DNA from: an uncultured Frankiaceae bacterium
GTDB lineage: Bacteria > Actinomycetota > Actinomycetes > JAFAQI01
Reading direction: 5' to 3'
Assembly: GCA_964510285.1 (NCBI GenBank)
Contig: CAZEAM010000138.1
Location: 1 to 41,498, forward strand
DNA length: 41,498 bases
Below the pieces are notes generated by a model that worked only from the letters and a program-made list of their open reading frames with translations, had not been told where the DNA came from and ran no database searches. Positions 33,148 to 41,232 of the stretch are shown in pieces. A program made the position numbers and the translations under genes. Every line of letters begins with the position of its first letter. Position 1 is the stretch's first letter.

Positions 33148-33450
33148 ATGGCTACCTTCGTATTCCGGCTGATCGCCCCGCGCCCCGACTTCGCGCTGAC
33201 CCTGAGTGACGAGGAACGCGAGATCATGGGGCAGCACGCGGCGTACTGGCAGCCGCGCGTGGAGGCCGGCGAGTTTGTCGTGTTCGGCCCGGTGCTCGAC
33301 GGCAACGGCTCGTGGGGGCTCGGCGTGATCGAGGCCGACGACGAGGACGAGTTGCGCACCTTCGCGGCGGGCGACCCGGCGGTGACCTCGGGCGTCGCGA
33401 CGGTCGAGATCGGCTCGATGCTCCGCGGGTACGTCCGCCCCCGCTCCTAG
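33148..33450 (+). CDS. YciI family protein
   Basis: ATG 33148 within ORF 33130..33450. 100 aa: MATFVFRLIAPRPDF...HAAYWQPRVEAGEFVVFGPVLD...FAAGDPAV, a YciI-like pattern. Confidence 0.75.
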   Translation: MATFVFRLIAPRPDFALTLSDEEREIMGQHAAYWQPRVEAGEFVVFGPVLDGNGSWGLGVIEADDEDELRTFAAGDPAVTSGVATVEIGSMLRGYVRPRS

Positions 33451-33455
33451 TCCCT

Positions 33456-33517
33456 CGCGAACTTGCACTTTCAGCCCGTTTTGGCGAGGAAAACGGTGGT
33501 TTCTTGCAACTTCGGCG
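33456..33517. repeat. 62-bp palindromic intergenic element, copy 2
   Basis: CGCGAACTTGCACTTTCAGCCCGTTTTGGCGAGGAAAACGGTGGTTTCTTGCAACTTCGGCG. Fills the gap between the convergent stops at 33450 (+) and 33521 (-). Confidence 0.8.
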
Positions 33518-33520
33518 TGG

Positions 33521-34543
33521 TCAGCCGTGGGGGAGGACGACGGCGCGGCCGTTGAGGGTGCCGGCTTTCAGGCGGTCGTAGGCCTCGACCACCTGGTCGA
33601 AGCCGAACTGCTCGACCTCCACGACGACCTCGCCGCTCTTCGCGAGCGCGATGACCTCGTGCAACTCGGTGATCGTCGCTCCCTGCGGGTTGAACAGGTC
33701 GGCGTCGTGGGCCCACGCGCCGTAGCGCACCTCGGCCGACCCGAACCCCTGTCCCACCAGACCGATCGCACCGGCCTTGGCCACGTTGCGCATCGACGCA
33801 CGGATCGTGGCGTCGCTGCCGACGAAGTCGAGGATGGCGTCGGCGCCACCGTCCCCGATCGCCTCGGCGAGCCGTTTCGACAGCCCCTCGCCCGCCTCAA
33901 GAACGTCGTGTGCGCCGAGCTCGCGGGCCGCCGCCATCCGCTCCGGCCGCGCCTCGACCGCCACGATCCGGGCGTTGGTCAGCATCCGCAACCACTGCAC
34001 GCCGTACGCGCCGAGTCCACCGACCCCGATCACGACGGCGGTCGAGTCGTCGTACAGCTTCGGCAGCACCTTCTTGACGGCGTGGTACGACGTGGCGCCG
34101 GCGTCCGTCAGCGGCGCCACCACCTTCGGGTCGAGCGCGCCGAGTGGCACGACCTGCCCGGCGCCGACCACGACGTACTCGGCGAGGCCGCCATCGAGGC
34201 CGAAGCCGCGACCGTGCCAGGTGTCGACGCAGTAGTTGTCCTGCCCGCGCCGGCACCAGCGGCAGCGGCCGCAGGGCGACATGCAGGCGACCGCGACCGG
34301 CTCGTCGGTTGCGAGGCCGTCCACGCCGTCACCGACCGCGTCGATCCATCCGGCGATCTCGTGGCCGAGGGTGAACGGCAGGTCGTAGGGCAGCAGCCCG
34401 GCCGGGGAGTCGAGGAAGATCACGTCGGAGTGGCAGAGCCCGACCCCGGCGATGCGCACCCTGACCTGATCCGGGCCGGGCTCGGGCACCGGAACCTCGT
34501 CGAAGTCCGCCCGTTGCCAGTCCAGGAGACGGTAGGCCCGCAT
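33521..34543 (-). CDS. Zn-dependent alcohol dehydrogenase (MDR family)
   Basis: Internal ATG 34543 of ORF 33521..34729 (MRAYRLLDWQRADFDEV). Motifs GLCHSDV, GHEIAGWIDAVG, CGRCRWCRRGQDNYC and VIGVGGLG. Confidence 0.88.
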   Translation of the reverse strand: MRAYRLLDWQRADFDEVPVPEPGPDQVRVRIAGVGLCHSDVIFLDSPAGLLPYDLPFTLGHEIAGWIDAVGDGVDGLATDEPVAVACMSPCGRCRWCRRGQDNYCVDTWHGRGFGLDGGLAEYVVVGAGQVVPLGALDPKVVAPLTDAGATSYHAVKKVLPKLYDDSTAVVIGVGGLGAYGVQWLRMLTNARIVAVEARPERMAAARELGAHDVLEAGEGLSKRLAEAIGDGGADAILDFVGSDATIRASMRNVAKAGAIGLVGQGFGSAEVRYGAWAHDADLFNPQGATITELHEVIALAKSGEVVVEVEQFGFDQVVEAYDRLKAGTLNGRAVVLPHG

Positions 34544-34569
34544 CGCGCCCTGCGCGTCGTTCGGCACGG

Positions 34570-35010
34570 CTACTGCTCGACGGGCAAGATGCTGATCCAG
34601 TTCACCCGCAGCTCGCGTCGCTTGAACCACCACAGGCCGCCTTCGCGCACGTACTCGTCGAGGTAGTACGCGAACATCACGTGGTCCTTGACGTTCGGCG
34701 GCACCCCGATCAGGTGGTGCGCTTCGCACCTGGCCTCGCCCGTGGCCCGGTCACCGGCGATCTCGACGACATGGCTGCCGATCGTGTGGTGCGTGTGGCT
34801 GTAGTCGCGGATCCGGTCGATCGCGCCCGCGATCTCGGCGCGGCCGCGGCGCAACGAGGTCGGGTCGGGCGAGTCCGGGTCGAGCCACATCGCGAACTCG
34901 CCGTCCTCGGTGAACAACCGGCCCACCGTCGCGCCATCACCGCGATCGGCGGCGGCGGCGTACCGCTCGACGAGCTGGCGGATCTCCCAGCTGGCCGCGA
35001 AGTCGATCAC
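34570..35010 (-). CDS. NTF2-like (SnoaL_4) family protein
   Basis: 146-aa ORF, EIRQLVERYAAAADRGDGATVGRLFTEDGEF. The ATG overlaps the upstream LLM stop by 4 nt. Confidence 0.75.
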   Translation of the reverse strand: MIDFAASWEIRQLVERYAAAADRGDGATVGRLFTEDGEFAMWLDPDSPDPTSLRRGRAEIAGAIDRIRDYSHTHHTIGSHVVEIAGDRATGEARCEAHHLIGVPPNVKDHVMFAYYLDEYVREGGLWWFKRRELRVNWISILPVEQ

Positions 35011-35894
35011 TTGGTTCCCTCCCGGAACGCCTTGCCGAGTGCCGACAGCGCCGCCGGCGCCTCGGCCAGTGTGGGGGCGAACGCGGCGAGGTTCACCGTC
35101 ACGTCGGTCACTCCGGCCGCGACCAGCTCAGGCACGGCACCCATTGTCGCGGTCGGGTCCGCAGCGCCGTCAGCACCCGTCACGGTCGGGGCGCGCATCT
35201 GGACATCGAGCGGCCGGCTGGCTGCTGCCGCCAGGCGGTCGGCGCCGTCGCGCACGTCCTGCAGCGTCGCGCCCATGATCGGGATCCAGCCGTCACCGAG
35301 ATCGACGATGCGCGCGAGCATCCGCGGGGTCAGCGTGCCGCCGAACCACACCGGCAACCGGGTCTGCACCGGCTGCGGCGAGCAAAACGTGTCGTCGAAG
35401 CGGACCGATCCGGACGCGTACGACGCGGGCAGCTGCGACCACAGCGCCCGGCAGGCCGCGATCGTGTCGTCGAGCAGCGCACCGCGCCGCGCGAAGTCGA
35501 GCCCGACGGCGTCGTACTCCTCACGCTGCCATCCGACGCCGACGCCGAGATCCACCCGCCCGCCGGACAACGCGTCGAGGGTCGCGACCTGCTTGGCGAG
35601 AAGGGCAGCGGGACGCAACGGCGCGATCAGGATCCCGGTCGAGAGCCGGAGCGTGGAGGTGACCGCGGCCATCGCGGTGAGTACGGTGAGCGGCTCGAGC
35701 CACGGTGCCTCGGGCGGCACCGGGAACCGTCCCCACGCATACGCGTCTGTGTTGCGCCCCATGACGACGTGGTCGACGACGACGATGCGGTCGACGCCCG
35801 CGTCCTCGGCGATCCGCGCCACGTCGACCAGTCCGCGCCAGTCGCCTCCGGACCAGCCGCCGAAGTTGGGGACTCCGACGCTCAACGTGACCAA
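35007..35894 (-). CDS. LLM-class F420-dependent oxidoreductase (TIGR03619-like)
   Basis: Track ORF 35007..35957. I prefer TTG 35894 (MVTLSVGVPNFGG...), with AGGGGG 5 nt upstream. TTG 35957 is the alternative. Motifs VDRIVVVDHV, LSGGRVDLGVGVGWQREEY. Confidence 0.78.
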   Translation of the reverse strand: MVTLSVGVPNFGGWSGGDWRGLVDVARIAEDAGVDRIVVVDHVVMGRNTDAYAWGRFPVPPEAPWLEPLTVLTAMAAVTSTLRLSTGILIAPLRPAALLAKQVATLDALSGGRVDLGVGVGWQREEYDAVGLDFARRGALLDDTIAACRALWSQLPASYASGSVRFDDTFCSPQPVQTRLPVWFGGTLTPRMLARIVDLGDGWIPIMGATLQDVRDGADRLAAAASRPLDVQMRAPTVTGADGAADPTATMGAVPELVAAGVTDVTVNLAAFAPTLAEAPAALSALGKAFREGTK

Positions 35895-35969
35895 CGAGAC
35901 CCCCTGAAGTGTGCGTGGGATTCGGGGTCCCCGCGGCGTCGGGTGCGAAGCGAACAACGTCGCGGGGAG

Positions 35970-35994
35970 TATCTGACACCCTTTCAGATATGGT
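35970..35994. promoter_or_regulatory. operator-like palindrome TATCTGA-CACCCTT-TCAGATA overlapping a -10-like TATGGT hexamer
   Basis: Perfect 7-bp arms with the same 17-bp core length as the other sites. Sits in the divergent LLM/acyl-CoA synthetase intergenic region. TATGGT lies at 35989..35994. Confidence 0.5.
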
Positions 35995-36031
35995 CGGACC
36001 AGGCCACAGCCCCACGTAATGGCACAGAGGA

Positions 36032-37618
36032 ATGGCGCCGATGTCGACCACCACTGACGACCTGCACAAGCCTGCTTTCATGCCCAACCTGCTGGTTGCG
36101 GCGCTCGCCCGGCACGCGGACAAGCCGGCCGTCTATCTGGGCGATGAGGTGCTCACGGCCTCGCAGGTCGCGGCGCAGATGAGCAAGTACGTGCAGGCCT
36201 TCGCCTCGCTCGGTATCGGTGCGCACCATCCGATTGCGATGCTGGCGAAGAACCGCCCCGAAGTGTTGTTCACGATGGGCGCCAACATGCTCACGCCGTG
36301 CCGCAGCACGTCGCTGCACCCGATGGGCTCCGCCGATGACCAGGCCTACGTCCTCGAGGACGCCGAGATCGAGACGCTGGTCTTCGACCCGAGTGCCTTC
36401 GAGGAGCGCGCGGCTGAGCTTCGCGACCGCGTCCCGGGGCTCAAGGCGTTGCTCTCGCTCGGCCCTTCCGAGGTCGGCATCGATCTGATCGCTCTCGCCG
36501 AGACCTTCGAACCGAAGCCGCTCGTCGCGCCGGACGTCGATGGCGAGGACATCAGCGGGTTCACCTACACCGGTGGTACGACGGGCGCCTCCAAGGGCGT
36601 CATGCAGACCTACCGCAGCGGCGCGACGCTCACCCAGATCCAGCTTGCCGAGTGGGAGTGGCCGGAGGAGACCCGGTTCCTGATCGCGACGCCTCTGTCG
36701 CATGCCGGCGCGGCGTTCTTCGTGCCGACCTTGTTGCGCGGGGGGAGCATCGTCGTACTTCCTGGGTTCGATCCCACCGCGGTGCTCGAGACGATCCAGA
36801 AGTACAAGATCACCGCGACCATGCTGGTCCCGACGATGCTCTACATCCTCATGGACCACCCGAAGATCGATGAGTACGACCTGTCGAGCCTCGAGACCGT
36901 CTACTACGGCGCTTCGGCGATCTCACCGACCCGGCTCAAAGAGGCGATCGAGAAGTTCGGGTCGATCTTCTTCCAGTTCTTCGGCCAGTCCGAGTGCGGC
37001 ATGACGATCTCGGTGCTGCGCAAGGGCGAGCACGACATCGACGACATGGCACGGCTTGCCACGTGCGGCCGCCCGGTGCCGTGGCTCAACGTCAAGCTGC
37101 TCGACGACGAGCTGAACGAGGTGCCCGACGGCGAGCCGGGCGAGATCTGCGTACGCGGACCGCTGGTGATGGCGGGCTACTGGAACAAGCCCGAGCAGAC
37201 CGCCGAGGCACTCGCCGGCGGCTGGCTGCACACCGGCGACATCGCGAAGAAGGACAGCCAGGGGTTCCTCACGATCGTCGACCGCAAGAAGGACATGATC
37301 GTGTCCGGCGGTTTCAACGTCTTCCCGCGCGAGATCGAGGACGTCGTCGGAACCCACCCCGCGGTCGCCCAGGTCGCGGTGATCGGAGTGCCGGACGACA
37401 AGTGGGGCGAAGCGGTGAAGGCGGTCGTCGTCCTGCGCCCGGGACAGACCGTGACGGAGCAGGAGATCTACGAGCTCGTGAAAGAGCGCAAGGGCGCGAC
37501 GCATGCTCCGAAGAGCGTGGACTTCGTCGAAGCCATCCCACTGTCGGCGCTCGGCAAGCCGGACAAGAAGGCGCTGCGCGCGCAGTACTGGGACAGCGGC
37601 AGCCGGATGGTGAACTAG
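36032..37618 (+). CDS. AMP-dependent acyl-CoA synthetase
   Basis: 528-aa ORF with motifs YTGGTTGASKGVM and GWLHTGDIAKKD. ATG 36041 has better GAGGA spacing, so the true start may be 9 nt downstream. Confidence 0.9.
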   Translation: MAPMSTTTDDLHKPAFMPNLLVAALARHADKPAVYLGDEVLTASQVAAQMSKYVQAFASLGIGAHHPIAMLAKNRPEVLFTMGANMLTPCRSTSLHPMGSADDQAYVLEDAEIETLVFDPSAFEERAAELRDRVPGLKALLSLGPSEVGIDLIALAETFEPKPLVAPDVDGEDISGFTYTGGTTGASKGVMQTYRSGATLTQIQLAEWEWPEETRFLIATPLSHAGAAFFVPTLLRGGSIVVLPGFDPTAVLETIQKYKITATMLVPTMLYILMDHPKIDEYDLSSLETVYYGASAISPTRLKEAIEKFGSIFFQFFGQSECGMTISVLRKGEHDIDDMARLATCGRPVPWLNVKLLDDELNEVPDGEPGEICVRGPLVMAGYWNKPEQTAEALAGGWLHTGDIAKKDSQGFLTIVDRKKDMIVSGGFNVFPREIEDVVGTHPAVAQVAVIGVPDDKWGEAVKAVVVLRPGQTVTEQEIYELVKERKGATHAPKSVDFVEAIPLSALGKPDKKALRAQYWDSGSRMVN

Positions 37619-38064
37619 CTCTCGGTCACCTGCAGCCGGAGATGATGAGAGAGATCGCCGACGTGGTCGACGGCGTAGCGGCGTTCGCGGAACTGCCACG
37701 TTCCGTCGTCGTCGCGTGCGAACCGGTCGTCGTAGCGTCCGCTCACGATCGGCTGGAAGGCGAAGCCGTCCAGGCCCTGGAACACGACGTACGACGACGA
37801 GCACGTCGCCGTGCCGGCCGTCTCGTCCACCTCGATCACCGGGTTCGCGGTCACGTGGCGGGTGCGTGGCGACCCGTCGTAGGTCAGCGTCTGGGCCTCC
37901 CACATCGCCTGTATCTGAGCCACGCCGGTCGCGAACACGTTGCCGTTGCCGTCCGCGAGCCGGCCGTCTGCGAACAGCGCGGCGAGTCCGGCGAAGTCGC
38001 CGGCGTCCATGCGCTCGCAGTAGCGGCCGAGCAGGTTGCGGATCTGTTCATGGGCGTCGGACAC
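37615..38064 (-). CDS. NTF2-like (SnoaL_4) family protein
   Basis: 149-aa ORF, IRNLLGRYCERMDAGDFAGLAALFADG. Its stop shares the CTAG tetranucleotide with the convergent synthetase stop. Confidence 0.75.
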   Translation of the reverse strand: MSDAHEQIRNLLGRYCERMDAGDFAGLAALFADGRLADGNGNVFATGVAQIQAMWEAQTLTYDGSPRTRHVTANPVIEVDETAGTATCSSSYVVFQGLDGFAFQPIVSGRYDDRFARDDDGTWQFRERRYAVDHVGDLSHHLRLQVTES

Positions 38065-38096
38065 ACTCCGCAGCCTGCCAGATCAGGTGCCGGGTG

Positions 38097-39599
38097 ATGT
38101 CCATGAACTTCGACCTGGTCGAGGAGGACGTGCTCGGCCACCGCATGACGGTGTTCAAGGACCGGCTTCGCTCGATGGCGGAACTGCTTGACCGGTCGTT
38201 GCAGTGGGCCGACCGCGAGTACATCGTCGACGGCGATCGGCGACTCACCTACGGCGAGCTCAACGAAGCGGTGGCGCGCGTGGCCGGCTACCTCCTCGAG
38301 CAAGGGGTTGCGAAGGGTGACCGGGTCGCCATCCTCGGCAAGAACTCGATCGAGTGGATCGTCACGTTCTGGGCGACCGTCTCGGTCGGCGCGATCGCCG
38401 TGGGCCTGAACGTGTGGTGGGCACGGGACGAGCTTGACTTCGCCCTCGCCGACTGCACGCCGAAGCTGCTGGTCGACGACATGGCGCCGATCACGGCGCT
38501 GCTCGACGGCCCCTCGGTGAAGCGGCCTGAGGTCGACATCGACGAGGACGACCCGGCGTTGATCCTCTACACGTCCGGCACCACCGGCCGTCCCAAAGGC
38601 GCTACCCACTCGCACCGCAACCTGATCTGTCTGGTGCAGGCGCAGCAGTGCGTGATCGCGGCGCGGGTACCTCCGGGCATCACGCTGCCGCCCTCTCGCG
38701 CGCTCACCAGCACGCCGCTGTTCCACGTGTCCGGCCTGCACAGCGGTGCCATCGCCTGTCTGGGCGCCGGAAACACGACCGTTTGGCCGGACGGCAAGTT
38801 CGACCCGGTCTCGACGCTGAAGGTGATCGAGCGCGAGCGTTGCACCACGTGGACGACGATGCCCACCACGTTGTGGCGGGTGCTGCACGAGCCCACCGCG
38901 AAGTCCTTCGACACGTCGTCGTTGATGCACATCGGGGGCGGCGGAGCGGCGTGGTCCGCTGCGCTGCAGCAGGCGATCCGGGACACCTTCGGCGAGCACA
39001 TCAGCTGGGGGATCGGCTATGGGCAGACGGAGGCGTGCGGGCTGTCGACCACGTCCACCTTCGCCGAGCTGCAGGAGCACCCCGACACGGTGGGCCGCCC
39101 GGTGCCCACCGTGGAGCTCAAGGTCGACGACGCCGGCGAGATCTTCCTGCGCGGCCCGATGGTGATGCTCGGGTACTGGGGCAACCAGGCCGCGACCGAC
39201 GCAGTCATCGGCGCGGACCGCTGGCTGCGCACCGGCGACCTCGGCGAGATTCGCGACGGCCTGCTGTTCCTCTCGACGCGGCGCACCGACCTCATCCTGC
39301 GCGGTGCCGAGAACGTGTATCCGGCCGAGATCGAGAACTGCCTGGAGGGCCACCCCGGGGTCGATGAGGTGGTCGTGGTCGGGTTGCCCGACGACGAGTT
39401 CGGACAGATCGTCGGTGCGGTAGTTGTCCCTGCCGAAGGGGAGGATCTCGACGTGGGCGACCTCTCGGCGTACGTGAAGGAGCGGCTCGCGTACTTCAAG
39501 GTGCCGAACCGCTGGGTGATCACCCGCGAGCCACTTCCACGGACCGCAACTGGCAAAGTAGTGCGCGCCGAAGTCATGGATCGGTTCCAGGAGTCCTAG
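38097..39599 (+). CDS. AMP-dependent acyl-CoA synthetase
   Basis: ATG 38097 (MSMNFDLVEEDVLGHRM) within ORF 37716..39599. Motifs YTSGTTGRPKGATHSH, GYGQTEA and RWLRTGDLGE. Confidence 0.88.
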   Translation: MSMNFDLVEEDVLGHRMTVFKDRLRSMAELLDRSLQWADREYIVDGDRRLTYGELNEAVARVAGYLLEQGVAKGDRVAILGKNSIEWIVTFWATVSVGAIAVGLNVWWARDELDFALADCTPKLLVDDMAPITALLDGPSVKRPEVDIDEDDPALILYTSGTTGRPKGATHSHRNLICLVQAQQCVIAARVPPGITLPPSRALTSTPLFHVSGLHSGAIACLGAGNTTVWPDGKFDPVSTLKVIERERCTTWTTMPTTLWRVLHEPTAKSFDTSSLMHIGGGGAAWSAALQQAIRDTFGEHISWGIGYGQTEACGLSTTSTFAELQEHPDTVGRPVPTVELKVDDAGEIFLRGPMVMLGYWGNQAATDAVIGADRWLRTGDLGEIRDGLLFLSTRRTDLILRGAENVYPAEIENCLEGHPGVDEVVVVGLPDDEFGQIVGAVVVPAEGEDLDVGDLSAYVKERLAYFKVPNRWVITREPLPRTATGKVVRAEVMDRFQES

Positions 39600-40442
39600 A
39601 TGGCATACCCCCCGCCCAACTACCCGCTCACGCCGGCTGGCGTCGACGACTACCCGGTGAAGGTCGGCTCGATGCTGCTGACGCTGGTCGACCCGCACAA
39701 GGGCTTCGAGAGCGCATACAACCGCTGGTACGAGCGGGACCACTTCTACGCCGGGTGCATGGAAGGGCCGTGGCAGATCGCCGGCTCGCGCTGGGTGGCC
39801 ACCCGCGAGATGAAGAACCTGCGCTGGGGCGGCAGCGCCGTCGCCGACCCGATCGATGCCGGCTCGTACGTCGCGATCTACTGGGTCGAGGCAGGTCACC
39901 ACAAGGACTGGGACGACTGGGCGCTGCCGCAGGTGCAGCAGCTCTACGCCGACGGCCGCGGCTTCGGCGAGCGGTCGCACGTGCACACCGCCACGTTCGA
40001 CCACGTCGGGGCGATGTACCGCGACGCAGACCCGGTGCCGATCGAGCTCGCGCTCGACCACCACTACGACGGCATCGTCTGCGTCTGGCTGGACGGGCAC
40101 AACGGGTTGGACGCTGCGGCTCTCCACGAACGGATCCGGCTCAGCGACGCGACCAAGGAGCTGTTCGCAGGGTCGGACATCGAGATCGTGTCGTCCTGGA
40201 CGCCGCGGCCGGAGTTCCGCAACTCCCGGGACAACGCGCCGATGGCGCTCGGCTCGCCCGGCGGGCAGGAGAACCGGCTGTGCCAGGTCGCGTTCGTCGG
40301 CGGCGACGTCCGCGCGTCGATCGACTGGTTCCGCGCCTACACGAAGGCGCTCGAAGAGCTGGGCCTCGCGGACACACTTCTCGTCGCGCCGTTCCTGCGC
40401 ACCATCGTCGGAACGGACACCTACGTCGACCAGCTCTGGTAG
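39600..40442 (+). CDS. conserved-looking hypothetical protein (possible tandem alpha+beta barrel, family not recognised)
   Basis: 280-aa ORF whose ATG directly abuts the upstream TAG (39597..39599). GC3-rich. The two halves both open with a hydrophobic strand (MLLTLVDPHKGFESAYNRWYERDHF / IVCVWLDGHNGLDAAALHERI). Confidence 0.65.
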   Translation: MAYPPPNYPLTPAGVDDYPVKVGSMLLTLVDPHKGFESAYNRWYERDHFYAGCMEGPWQIAGSRWVATREMKNLRWGGSAVADPIDAGSYVAIYWVEAGHHKDWDDWALPQVQQLYADGRGFGERSHVHTATFDHVGAMYRDADPVPIELALDHHYDGIVCVWLDGHNGLDAAALHERIRLSDATKELFAGSDIEIVSSWTPRPEFRNSRDNAPMALGSPGGQENRLCQVAFVGGDVRASIDWFRAYTKALEELGLADTLLVAPFLRTIVGTDTYVDQLW

Positions 40443-40652
40443 GTCGTCCGGCGGAACGCCCCCTCGCGGCTCGGTCGTCGGGCGGAACGCCCGCTTAGGT
40501 CGTCGGGCGGAACGCCCGCTCGCGGCTCGGTCGTCGGGCGAACGCCCCCTCGCGGCTCGGGGAAAAGTCGCCGCTTCGCGGCGATGTTTCCCACGCCGCT
40601 CGGTGGGCGTTCCGCCCTCCGACTCTGCGAGGTGCGTTCCGCCCTCCTGCGG
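40442..40652. repeat. repeat array: 4 direct copies of a 25-31 bp unit (GGTCGTCGGGCGGAACGCCC[GCT/CCT]CGCGGCTC) plus 2 inverted copies of its GGGCGGAACGCCC core
   Basis: Direct units at 40442-40472, 40473-40497, 40498-40528 and 40529-40558. Inverted cores at 40605-40623 and 40632-40652. Units are contiguous, with no spacers. Confidence 0.85.
40561..40591. terminator. candidate bidirectional intrinsic terminator hairpin (GGAAAAGTCGCCGC-TTC-GCGGCGATGTTTCC)
   Basis: GC stem of 7-8 bp, extended by GGAAA/TTTCC (an A-tract 5' and a T-tract 3'). Located between the direct and inverted repeat blocks. Confidence 0.4.
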
Positions 40653-40783
40653 GGTTGCCGGAAATCGTCCTTGGCCATCGGGTTATCCCCCGAGGTTGTC
40701 CCGGGCTGTGGGCAACGTCACACGAGAAATTTGCTTGCAGGGGATGATCTGAGCGCGTTTGCTTGCTTTAGTTAGCAGAGAAC

Positions 40784-40797
40784 TAGAACGTGTTCTC
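40784..40797. promoter_or_regulatory. KstR-type TetR operator-like box TAGAACGTGTTCTC
   Basis: Matches TnnAACnnGTTnnA at every defined position except the last. AGAAC/GTTCT arms are perfect. Lies 22 bp upstream of ATG 40819. Confidence 0.45.
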
Positions 40798-40818
40798 CCA
40801 CAAGGAGTGAGGTGCACC

Positions 40819-41226
40819 ATGGCTCGACACACCCGAGCCGACCTGCGCAAGCTGCCGGTCTTCGCCGGCCTGTCCCGTCGCGCGATCGCGCGCGTCGACG
40901 CGTTGCTCACGCCGGTCGAGTTCCATGACGGCGACGTCCTCTGCGAAGAGGGCAGGCTCGGCCGCGAGGCCTTCATCATCGTCAACGGCGAGGTCGAGGT
41001 CAGCCGCGCTGACGAGCATCTGGCGACCCTGGCCTCCGGCGCGGTGGTCGGGGAGATGGCGCTGCTCGGCCACGCCCCTCGTAACGCGACGGTCACGGCG
41101 GCCGGTGACGTCGAGGCCCTCGTCATGAGCGCCCAGGAGTTCGCGAGCATCCTCGCCGAGCCGGAGGTCGCCTTCGAGGTCCACCGCGTCGCCGAGTCCC
41201 GCAAGGGCGTCCTCACCGCCGCCTGA
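40819..41226 (+). CDS. stand-alone cyclic-nucleotide-binding domain protein
   Basis: ATG 40819 within ORF 40759..41226, with AAGGAG 11 nt upstream. LPVFAGLSRRAIARV...FIIVNGEVEV...VVGEMALLGHAPRNATVTA (FGE-AL...R-A-T motif). 135 aa with no HTH. Confidence 0.85.
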   Translation: MARHTRADLRKLPVFAGLSRRAIARVDALLTPVEFHDGDVLCEEGRLGREAFIIVNGEVEVSRADEHLATLASGAVVGEMALLGHAPRNATVTAAGDVEALVMSAQEFASILAEPEVAFEVHRVAESRKGVLTAA

Positions 41227-41232
41227 CGACCT

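Noticed and set aside
37615-37618. Shared CTAG stop-stop overlap of convergent genes, and the 37-nt convergent overlap at 10510..10546
   Set aside because: Such overlaps are common consequences of dense packing in high-GC genomes. I have no evidence of a special regulatory role.
40442-40652. Possible CRISPR array, because of repeated ~30-bp units
   Set aside because: The units are directly contiguous with no unique spacers. One unit is truncated and two cores are inverted, and no cas genes are present. I treat it as a tandem/inverted repeat array instead.
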